NCBI RefSeq assembly: GCF_003945235.1
Contig: NZ_RSDW01000001.1
Span: 930,001 to 962,000, forward strand
From: Edaphobacter aggregans
Lineage (GTDB): Bacteria; Acidobacteriota; Terriglobia; Terriglobales; Acidobacteriaceae
Direction of reading: 5' to 3'
Length of the DNA: 32,000 bases
Shown here: piece by piece, positions 8,985 through 16,681 of the stretch
Layout: each line of letters begins with the position of its first letter
Position numbering within the stretch: the stretch's first letter is position 1
Notes under the pieces: generated by a model
The model's input: the letters and a program-made list of their open reading frames with translations, nothing else
Database searches by the model: none
What the model was told of the DNA's origin: nothing
Position numbers and translations under genes: made by a program

Positions 8985-9761
8985 ATGAACCCACCCAGCA
9001 TCTTCGCTACCTATCCAAGCCTCGCCGACAAAGTAGTTCTCATCACCGGAGGCGGACAAGGCATCGGCGCCGCCGCCGTCGAACAATTCGCCCTGCAAGG
9101 TTCCCGTGTAGTCTTCCTCGACGTAGCCGACGACCCCTCCACCACACTGGTTAGCAATCTCACTCCCCGCTCCACACACGCACCGCTCTATCGTCGCTGC
9201 GACCTCACCGACATCCCCACCCTCCAATCCACAATTGCTGACATCTCTGCCACCCTAGGCTCCCCGCAAGTCCTCATCAACAACGCAGCCAGCGACGAAC
9301 GTCACCACATCGAAGACGTCACCCCCGAATACTGGCACCAGCGCATGTCCGTGAACCTCAACCACCAGTTCTTCGCTGCACAAGCCGTCATCCCCGGCAT
9401 GAAAGCCGCAGGCCAAGGCTCGATCGTCAATATGAGTTCCATCTCCTCGTTGATCCCCACCCCCGACCTCACCCTCTACAACATGGCCAAAGCCGCAATC
9501 GTCGCCATGACACGCTCCCTCTCGCGCGATCTCGGCCCCTTCAACGTCCGCGTCAACAGCGTCCTGCCCGGAGCCATCTTCACCGAAAAACAAAACCGCC
9601 TCTACATGTCTCCCGCCTACAAAGAGCGCATCTTCGCCGCTCAATCTCTCAAGCGCCACATCCTTCCCGAAGAAGTCGCCCGCCTCCTGCTCTTCCTCGC
9701 CGCCGACGACAGCGCCGCCATCACCGGCCAAAATCACATCATCGACGGAGGCTGGATCTAA
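8985..9761 (+). CDS. Short-chain dehydrogenase/reductase
   Basis: 258 aa. TGGGQGIG cofactor motif, NNAA, catalytic S...YNMAK, C-terminal IDGGW. Confidence 0.85.
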   Translation: MNPPSIFATYPSLADKVVLITGGGQGIGAAAVEQFALQGSRVVFLDVADDPSTTLVSNLTPRSTHAPLYRRCDLTDIPTLQSTIADISATLGSPQVLINNAASDERHHIEDVTPEYWHQRMSVNLNHQFFAAQAVIPGMKAAGQGSIVNMSSISSLIPTPDLTLYNMAKAAIVAMTRSLSRDLGPFNVRVNSVLPGAIFTEKQNRLYMSPAYKERIFAAQSLKRHILPEEVARLLLFLAADDSAAITGQNHIIDGGWI

Positions 9762-9767
9762 ACCCAC

Positions 9768-10778
9768 ATGCTCCGAGTCCCCTACAACGACCTCTACGAA
9801 GCCCTCCACCGCGCCATGCTAGGCCTCGGCCTCCGCGAAGACCGCGGCGCCCTCTCCGCCCGCCTCATCGCCGAAACCACCCGCGACGGCGTCTACACCC
9901 ACGGCCTCAACCGCTTCCCCCGCCTCGAAGCCATGGTCCTCAACGGCAGTATCGACATCCACGCCGAACCCACCCTCACCGCTTCCTTCGGCAGTATCGA
10001 ACGATGGAACGGCAACCGAGGCATCGGCAACCTAAACGCATACGTCGCCATCAATCGCGCCATCACCCTCGCCAAACAAAACGGCATCGGCGGGGTCGCT
10101 CTTGGCAACACCAACCACTGGATGCGCGGAGGCACCTATGGCTGGCTAGCCGCCGAAGCCGGCCTCTTCGCCATCTGCTGGAGCAACACCCTCGCCAACC
10201 TGCCCGCCTGGGGAGCCACGACCCCCACCCTCGGCAACAACCCCCTCGTCATCGCCATCCCCCGCGTCTCGGGCGAACACGTCATCCTCGACATGGCCAT
10301 GTCCCAGTTCTCCTACGGAACCCTCGCCTCCTATGCCAAGCGCAACGAGCCCCTCCCCGTCGACGGCGGATTCGACACCGCAGGCAATCTCACCCGCGAC
10401 GCCGCCGCCATCGAAGCCTCGCAGCGAGCACTCCCCATCGGCTACTGGAAAGGCTCCGGCCTCGCCCTCGTCCTCGACATGATGGCCACCATGCTCTCCG
10501 GAGGCCTAGCCACCCACCAATTCTCCCCCGATCCTCTCCGCGAAACCGGCCAATCCCAACTCTTCCTCACCATCGACCCAACCAACATAACCAGCGCAGC
10601 CGAACTCACCCACATCGCCGACGCCATCATCGACGACCTACACCGCGCCACCCCCGCCGACCCCACCAAACCCACCCGCTACCCCGGCGAACAGACCATC
10701 CAACTCCGCGAAGAAAATCTCCGCCTCGGCATCCCAGTCGACCCCGAAATCTGGCAAAAAATCACCAGCAAGCACTAA
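9768..10778 (+). CDS. Ldh_2 family dehydrogenase, YiaK/DlgD-like (3-dehydro-L-gulonate 2-dehydrogenase type)
   Basis: 336 aa, starting 7 nt after the SDR stop. Collinear with E. coli YiaK as recalled (GVYTHGLNRFPR, NHWMRGGTYGW, GNNPLVIAIP, PVDGGFD..GNLT, LPIGYWKGSGL..VLDM.AT.LSGG). Confidence 0.8.
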   Translation: MLRVPYNDLYEALHRAMLGLGLREDRGALSARLIAETTRDGVYTHGLNRFPRLEAMVLNGSIDIHAEPTLTASFGSIERWNGNRGIGNLNAYVAINRAITLAKQNGIGGVALGNTNHWMRGGTYGWLAAEAGLFAICWSNTLANLPAWGATTPTLGNNPLVIAIPRVSGEHVILDMAMSQFSYGTLASYAKRNEPLPVDGGFDTAGNLTRDAAAIEASQRALPIGYWKGSGLALVLDMMATMLSGGLATHQFSPDPLRETGQSQLFLTIDPTNITSAAELTHIADAIIDDLHRATPADPTKPTRYPGEQTIQLREENLRLGIPVDPEIWQKITSKH

Positions 10779-11321
10779 TCAAGAAGAGCTGTGTCCACCA
10801 CACTGCAACACCCCAAGATACACGCTCCACGGACCCACAGCCTCACGGTACTGATGAGCCATAATCCGTGAGATTTGGTGCAAATGCGTTAAATCGTGAG
10901 TCGCCCAAGTCGCCAGCAACTCCGAAAGAGTAACGACACCAAAGCTAGGATGCCGCCCACTCCGCTCAAGGTCCACTTGCCGCAGATTCAGAGCACGCAG
11001 TTCACTCAGGTTTTCAGACCGCAAACGAGCAAATTCATCTAGTAACTGCCCCAGCGACTTACCCTGACTCTCCCGCACCTGCCCCAACCGATCAAACGGC
11101 TCAAACGTCCGACTCTCGCCGAATTGCAATATCATCCGTGCCCGCGACATCCAATCAGTTCGCTCACCATGCACCAGATGGCCAACAACATCAAATACGT
11201 TCCAAGTATTTTCACCTTCGTTTCGAAACGTCCAAGTCTCCGGCAGATCACGCAGAAGCACATCAAGCGCAGCGGGAGTGCGACTAAGAAGCGACACTGT
11301 ATCTTCCAGGTGATGTTCCAT
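10779..11321 (-). CDS. DinB-family (four-helix-bundle, metal-dependent) protein
   Basis: Start placed at ATG 11321 (GAGGTG SD). The ORF-track start at 11333 is TTG. His-containing DinB pattern (VVGHLVHGE, ATHDLTHLHQI). Confidence 0.75.
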   Translation of the reverse strand: MEHHLEDTVSLLSRTPAALDVLLRDLPETWTFRNEGENTWNVFDVVGHLVHGERTDWMSRARMILQFGESRTFEPFDRLGQVRESQGKSLGQLLDEFARLRSENLSELRALNLRQVDLERSGRHPSFGVVTLSELLATWATHDLTHLHQISRIMAHQYREAVGPWSVYLGVLQCGGHSSS

Positions 11322-11329
11322 CCCGCACC

Positions 11330-13120
11330 TCAATTCGCAGCCACAGCCTTCTGCCCAGCCATGTACTCCCGAGCATGCGCCATCTCAGCCATCCCTTGAT
11401 CCCCATCCTTCCATGCCGCAACAAACCTCGCATACTCAGCCCGAGCCGCCGCCGCATCCCCCGCCGCCTCGCTACTCCGAGCCATCCCATACAGCGGAAA
11501 GCCCGACTTCGGCCTCTCCACCAACGCCGCTTCATAAGCTTTATGCGCACCGGCATAATCGCCCGCCCGCATCAACACCGCACCCTCCGCTTCACCCACC
11601 GGCCGGATATAGTTAGGAGGCTCACGATAACCCAGCCCCTTCTCCTCCTGTGCCGCCTCATCAAACAAAGCCTTCGCCTCGCTCAGCTTCTTCTGCTCCG
11701 CAAGAATCGCTCCCCGCAACTCCAGCGACATAATCGACAAACTAGACACCAGCGGCCCCGGCAAAGCATCCGGCATCACCGCGGCCATCATCGGAGCCTT
11801 CGCCTCCTCCTTCTTTTTCTTTGGAGCATCTTTCACCTTCTGCGACATACGCCACAGCTCCGCATCCAGCCTCGTCGAAGCCGCCTGCGCCGCAACTAGA
11901 TCCCCCGCCTGCACTGCAATCATGCCGCGAGCAAACTCCCCCAATTGCCCCGCAAGGAACTTCAGATTCTCGAGCTTCTCCTCTGGCTTGGCCCCCTCTA
12001 GCATCTTCTGCACACTGGCCCAATCGCCCGTCCGCAGAGCCACCGGAAGCTTCGGATCCAGCCGAGTCATCCCATCCCTCGGCGTACCGATGTACAGTGT
12101 CTCCCGAAACTGCCCTCTCGCCCCCGAAAGCTTCCCCGACAACTCCGTAGCCTCCCGCAGCTTCCCCTCTTCCATCAAATTCGCAATGCCATACATCAGA
12201 TTATGGACATAATTCCAGTCATCATCCACACCCACATTCTGCGAGCGCATATATTCCTCATCTACCGCCGTCGAAGCCGCAAACCAATGCTCCGCCTGCG
12301 CATAATCCCCCACCCGATAAAAAATATGCCCCGGCATATGCACCATATGTCCCGACGCCGGAGCCAGACTAGCCAGCACCGTCGCACTCTCCAGCGCCTT
12401 CTCCGGATGCGCGCTCGGCTCCATCGCATGAATCCAGTAGTGGTGCGCAGCCGAATCATTCGGAGCCGCCTTCAGCACCTCTTCCAGAATCGCAATCTCT
12501 TCTTTCGTGCCCTTCTTCGGCTCCCCAGCCTCGTCATACCCATCGCGAAGACTGCCCGACAAAAAGATCTTCGCTTGCAAATCCGTCGGATACTCCTTCA
12601 CCAGCTGCCGCCAGATCGCAATCTCCTTCGAGTCATCGGGCTTCGCCCCGGGCTCTGCAGCCTTCGCCGCCTCATGCCCCGCAACCGCCGCTTCGATATA
12701 AAGCTGCTCGTTCTTCCCCGCGCGACTCTTCAGCCGCACTGCATTGGCTAACGCCTGATCTGCATAAGCATTCGCATCGCTGCTCCTGAAGATCAAAGCC
12801 TGATACAGCCCCCAGTAACACATCGCGCAATCCGGATCCACCCGCACCGCCTGCTCAAACGCCCTCAACGACTCGTAATCCCAAAAATCATGCAGCAGAT
12901 TCAGCCCCTGATCAAACCAAACCTGAGCCTCAGGCTTCGCCGTAATCGCCAGATGGCTGTTCCCTATCCCAGTCATCTTCACCGGAACCGGCAGCTTCTC
13001 CGGCGCGGGAATCTCCTTCATCGCCCCCATGTCATGCCCTGCCATATTCATCTGCGCCACAGCCGGACAAGCAGCCATCAGAACCATCGAAGCAGCAAAA
13101 CTCAAGCAACTAACCAGCAT
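11330..13120 (-). CDS. Secreted TPR-repeat protein
   Basis: Start placed at ATG 13120 (AGAGGG SD); GTG 13135 is an alternative. Signal peptide MLVSCLSFAASMVLMAACPAVAQ. Recurrent TPR-like A/Y/L-rich helical repeats. Confidence 0.75.
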   Translation of the reverse strand: MLVSCLSFAASMVLMAACPAVAQMNMAGHDMGAMKEIPAPEKLPVPVKMTGIGNSHLAITAKPEAQVWFDQGLNLLHDFWDYESLRAFEQAVRVDPDCAMCYWGLYQALIFRSSDANAYADQALANAVRLKSRAGKNEQLYIEAAVAGHEAAKAAEPGAKPDDSKEIAIWRQLVKEYPTDLQAKIFLSGSLRDGYDEAGEPKKGTKEEIAILEEVLKAAPNDSAAHHYWIHAMEPSAHPEKALESATVLASLAPASGHMVHMPGHIFYRVGDYAQAEHWFAASTAVDEEYMRSQNVGVDDDWNYVHNLMYGIANLMEEGKLREATELSGKLSGARGQFRETLYIGTPRDGMTRLDPKLPVALRTGDWASVQKMLEGAKPEEKLENLKFLAGQLGEFARGMIAVQAGDLVAAQAASTRLDAELWRMSQKVKDAPKKKKEEAKAPMMAAVMPDALPGPLVSSLSIMSLELRGAILAEQKKLSEAKALFDEAAQEEKGLGYREPPNYIRPVGEAEGAVLMRAGDYAGAHKAYEAALVERPKSGFPLYGMARSSEAAGDAAAARAEYARFVAAWKDGDQGMAEMAHAREYMAGQKAVAAN

Positions 13121-13200
13121 CGGACCCTCTTTCACCGAACAATCGGTGTAATCAGCCTACGCACATCTCGCCCCTTCGTGAAGGCACACGGTCTGCATTT

Positions 13201-13239
13201 AATCGGTGTCATCGGTGAATATCGGTGTTAAGCCTTTCC
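13201..13239 (+). repeat. Phased repeat array: ATCGGTG x3 at 9-10 bp spacing, ending TTAAGCC, upstream of larE
   Basis: aATCGGTGtcATCGGTGaatATCGGTGttaagcctttcc. A partial extra copy (aatcggtgtaatcagcc) is at 13141-13157. About 29 of 34 hand-aligned positions are identical to 14218-14255. Confidence 0.8.
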
Positions 13240-13282
13240 GCCACCATGGCGGCACCCTCAATCTGTCCTACAATCCAGACAG

Positions 13283-14128
13283 ATGGATCTCGCCGCCAAA
13301 TCCGCTCTCCTCCAAGCCACCCTGCGAGATCTCGGCAGCGTGATGGTCGCCTACTCCGGCGGCACCGACTCCGCCTACCTCGCCTACGCCGCCCGTCAAA
13401 CCCTCGGCGACAAAATGCTAGCCGTCATCGCCGATTCCCCCTCGCTCCCCCGAGCCGAACTAGCCGCCGCCCTCGCCTTCGCCGCCGAACACTCCATCCC
13501 TACCCACATCCTCCAAACCGCCGAACTCGAAAACCCCGACTACCAGCGCAACGACACCCAGCGCTGCTTCCACTGCAAAGACGAGCTCTTCACCCAGATG
13601 GAGCAACTCCGCGCACAAAAAGCCTTCGTCCACATCGCCTATGGCATGAACCTCGACGACCAGGCCCCGTCGGTAGCAGCCTTCCGCCCCGGCCAGCAAG
13701 CCGCCGCCCAGCACCACGCCGTAGCCCCGCTAGTCACCGCTCAGCTCACCAAGTCCGAAATCCGCACCCTCGCCCGCGAAGCCGGCCTCACCCTTTGGGA
13801 CAAGCCCGCCAGCGCCTGCCTCTCCTCGCGCATCGAGTACGGCCGCCCCGTCACCCGCGAAAACCTCACCCAGGTCGAACAAGCCGAAGCCGCCCTCCAC
13901 GCTCTAGGCTTCCAACAAGTCCGCGTCCGCCACCACGGAGACCTCGCCCGCATCGAAATCTCCCGCCCCGAACTCCCCCGCGCCCTCAACATCGAAACCC
14001 TCGACCACATCACCGCCGCCCTCCGCCCCCTCGGCTTCCTCTACATCACCCTAGACACCCAGGGCTACCGCTCCGGCTCCATGAACGAAGTCCTCCCCGC
14101 CACCGCCATCACCCCCGCCACAAAATAA
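13283..14128 (+). CDS. larE: NPN-cofactor biosynthesis ATP-dependent sulfur transferase LarE (PP-loop ATPase)
   Basis: 281 aa. PP-loop AYSGGTDS. ASACLSSRIEYG aligns to the L. plantarum LarE Cys176 region. VRVRHHGDLARIE and YITLD..GYRSGSMN are typical LarE C-terminal motifs. Confidence 0.9.
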   Translation: MDLAAKSALLQATLRDLGSVMVAYSGGTDSAYLAYAARQTLGDKMLAVIADSPSLPRAELAAALAFAAEHSIPTHILQTAELENPDYQRNDTQRCFHCKDELFTQMEQLRAQKAFVHIAYGMNLDDQAPSVAAFRPGQQAAAQHHAVAPLVTAQLTKSEIRTLAREAGLTLWDKPASACLSSRIEYGRPVTRENLTQVEQAEAALHALGFQQVRVRHHGDLARIEISRPELPRALNIETLDHITAALRPLGFLYITLDTQGYRSGSMNEVLPATAITPATK

Positions 14129-14217
14129 GCCCAGCCTTTCGTCATTTGTTGTCATTCTGAGCGGATCGAAGCCCCGCATTTCGCATGTGCAACCACTACG
14201 ACTCCCTCAGTCACTGA

Positions 14218-14255
14218 AATCGGCGTTATCGGTGACAATCGGTGTTGAGCCTTCC
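14218..14255 (+). repeat. Second copy of the phased ATCGG(T/C)G x3 array, upstream of larC
   Basis: aATCGGCGttATCGGTGacaATCGGTGttgagccttcc ends 27 nt before the larC ATG. Confidence 0.8.
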
Positions 14256-14282
14256 ACCCTCTCGCATGAAACAATAACCACT

Positions 14283-15746
14283 ATGCGTATCGCCTACCTC
14301 GACTGCTTCGCCGGCATCAGTGGTGACATGTTCCTCGGAGCCCTCATCGACGCCGGCCTCGACCCGCAGATCCTCCACGACGCCACCGCCGCCCTTACCC
14401 TCGGAGCCTCCCTAAAAATCGAAAAGGTCGATCGCAGCGGCATCTCCAGCACCAAGGTCCACGTCCTTGAGAACGGCAAGCTAGCCGAAGACCCACACAC
14501 ACACCACCCCACCCACACCCACCCTCAAGATCATTTTCCCGGCAAGATCCAAGACCAGCGCCCAGCCGAAGACCACGCCCACCATCACCATCCCAAGACC
14601 CAGCACCTCCACAAAACCGGCCAGCCTCATACCCACGAAGAAGAACATCATCACGACCACCCTCACACCCACGAGCACACCCACGGCCGCTCCCTCACCA
14701 ACATCCGCGCCCTCATCCAATCCGCCAACCTCGCCCCCGAGGTCAAGCAAACAGCCATCAAAACCTTCGAACTCCTCGGAACCTCCGAAGCAAAAATCCA
14801 CAACATAAACATCGAAAAGATTCACTTCCACGAAGTAGGCGCAGTAGACGCCATCGTCGACATCGTCTGCGCCGCCGCCGGAGTCCAAGCCCTCAACATC
14901 GACAAGTGGCACGCCTCCCCCCTCAACGTAGGCGGAGGCATGATCGGCTGCGCCCACGGACGTTTCCCCGTCCCGGCCCCCGCCACCGCCGACCTACTTC
15001 GCGGCCTCCCCACCTACTCGGCCCACATCGAAAAGGAACTCGTTACTCCCACCGGCGCAGCCCTCATCCGCACCCTCGCACCAACCTTCGGCCCCCAGCC
15101 CGCCATGCGTGTCCAGCAAATCGGCTACGGCGCCGGAACCCGCAACCCCAAAGACTTCCCCAACGTCCTCCGCCTAAGCATCGGAGAAGCCGCCGAAGCC
15201 CCCACCACCACCCACTCACACCCAAAAGAAGTGTCATCCCGACCGGAGGCGCACTTTGCCGCCGCAGTGGAGGGACCTGTTTCACCTTTGCAGGATGCCA
15301 ACGCAACAACCGTAACCATCCTGGAAACCGCCATCGACGACCTCTCCCCCCAAATCCTCGCCCACGTCACCGAGTCCGCCCTCCAGCAAGGAGCCTTCGA
15401 CGTCATGTGCACCGCCGTCCAGATGAAAAAGGGCCGCCTAGGCACCCTCATCACCATCCTCACCGACGACGCCCACGCCTCCACCCTCGAACGCCTACTC
15501 CTACGCGAGACCAGCACCCTCGGCGTCCGCATCCACCAGGAGCGCCGCTCCTGCCTCGACCGCACCCACACCACTGTCACTACCCCCTACGGCGAAATCC
15601 GCATAAAAATCGGCTCCCGCAACAACGAAGTCCTCAACGCCGCCCCCGAGTTCGAAGACTGCCGCACCGCCGCCGCAAAGCACAACGTCCCCGTCAAACA
15701 AGTCATCCAATCCGCCACCGCCGCATATCTTCAGGCGAAGCAATGA
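14283..15746 (+). CDS. larC: NPN-cofactor nickel-insertion enzyme LarC (single polypeptide) with long His-rich insert
   Basis: Start placed at ATG 14283 (MRIAYLDCFAGISGDMFLGALIDAGL is the canonical LarC N-terminus). The ORF-track start 14187 is GTG inside repeat DNA. His-rich tract at about 14487-14685. HFHEVGAVDAIVDIV motif. Confidence 0.9.
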   Translation: MRIAYLDCFAGISGDMFLGALIDAGLDPQILHDATAALTLGASLKIEKVDRSGISSTKVHVLENGKLAEDPHTHHPTHTHPQDHFPGKIQDQRPAEDHAHHHHPKTQHLHKTGQPHTHEEEHHHDHPHTHEHTHGRSLTNIRALIQSANLAPEVKQTAIKTFELLGTSEAKIHNINIEKIHFHEVGAVDAIVDIVCAAAGVQALNIDKWHASPLNVGGGMIGCAHGRFPVPAPATADLLRGLPTYSAHIEKELVTPTGAALIRTLAPTFGPQPAMRVQQIGYGAGTRNPKDFPNVLRLSIGEAAEAPTTTHSHPKEVSSRPEAHFAAAVEGPVSPLQDANATTVTILETAIDDLSPQILAHVTESALQQGAFDVMCTAVQMKKGRLGTLITILTDDAHASTLERLLLRETSTLGVRIHQERRSCLDRTHTTVTTPYGEIRIKIGSRNNEVLNAAPEFEDCRTAAAKHNVPVKQVIQSATAAYLQAKQ

Positions 15747-15774
15747 AGGAAGCATCTCCACAAATCTGGGTGCT

Positions 15775-15814
15775 CCATATCTCGATTTTGAGATGTGGGC
15801 ATTCGCGACGCGAA
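15775..15814. repeat. Two adjacent hairpins in the larC-larB spacer
   Basis: ccatatctc-gatttt-gagatgtgg (9-bp stem, one G-U) at 15775-15798. ttcgcg-a-cgcgaa at 15802-15814. Confidence 0.5.
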
Positions 15815-15856
15815 CCGCACTCCTACACCCGAACCGAAATTAATTCGTAAAGCAAA

Positions 15857-16612
15857 ATGAATCCCACGACCCTCCTCCATCTCCTCGCCGAAGTCCAACG
15901 CGGCACCCTCACCCCCGAGCAAGCCTCCGCCCGCCTAGCCGACCTCCCCTTCGAAGACCTCGGCCACGCCAAAATCGACCACCATCGAACCCTCCGCAGC
16001 GGGCTCCCCGAGGTGATCTACGCCGCCGGCAAAACCCCCGCCCAAACCGCCGAAATCTTCTCCCGCATGGCCGCTACCGGTGTCGACGTCCTCGCCACCC
16101 GAGCTGACGAAGCCACAGCCGAAGCCGTCCTCACAGCCATCCCCGCAGCCATCCACCACCCATCAGCGCGAGCCATCACCCTCCGGCAATCCCACGCCGC
16201 CCCTCGCGGCCACGTTGCCGTCCTCTGCGCCGGAACCAGCGATCTCCCCATCGCCGAAGAGGCCGCCATCACCGCCGAGCTCTTCGGCACTCACGTCACC
16301 CGCCACTACGACGTAGGAGTAGCCGGTCTCCACCGCATCCTCGCCCAGCGCGAAACCATCAACCAGGCCAACGTCGTCATCGTCTGCGCGGGCATGGAAG
16401 GCGCACTCCCCAGCGTAGTCGGTGGCCTCGTCGGCGTCCCCGTCATCGCCGTCCCCACCTCTGTAGGCTACGGAGCCAGCTTCAACGGAGCAGCCGCCCT
16501 CCTCGGCATGCTCAACTCCTGCTCCCCCAACGTAACCGTAGTCAACATCGACAACGGCTTCGGCGCCGCCTACACGGCCACGCTAATCGCAAGGATGGCC
16601 CACCACCCATAG
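15857..16612 (+). CDS. larB: NPN-cofactor biosynthesis NaAD carboxylase/hydrolase LarB (PurE-like)
   Basis: 251 aa. LD..R..R.G.PEVIYA.GKT N-terminal region. PurE-like core VAVLCAGTSDLPIAEEA and VIVCAGMEGALPSVVGGLV..PVIAVPTSVGYG. Confidence 0.9.
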   Translation: MNPTTLLHLLAEVQRGTLTPEQASARLADLPFEDLGHAKIDHHRTLRSGLPEVIYAAGKTPAQTAEIFSRMAATGVDVLATRADEATAEAVLTAIPAAIHHPSARAITLRQSHAAPRGHVAVLCAGTSDLPIAEEAAITAELFGTHVTRHYDVGVAGLHRILAQRETINQANVVIVCAGMEGALPSVVGGLVGVPVIAVPTSVGYGASFNGAAALLGMLNSCSPNVTVVNIDNGFGAAYTATLIARMAHHP

Positions 16613-16681
16613 CCGTAAATCACTAATCCACGACCAGAAGCGATGTGCTACCTTCCCTCTATCCCTAGCAGGTGCTCCTAC

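Noticed and set aside
10004-15850. Alternative-frame same-strand ORFs inside real genes (10004-10864, 13225-14160, 14906-15850, 8175-8852, 5060-5716).
   Set aside because: These are Arg/Pro/His-rich out-of-frame translations of strongly supported genes (YiaK-like, larE, larC, NicO, esterase). They are compositional artefacts.
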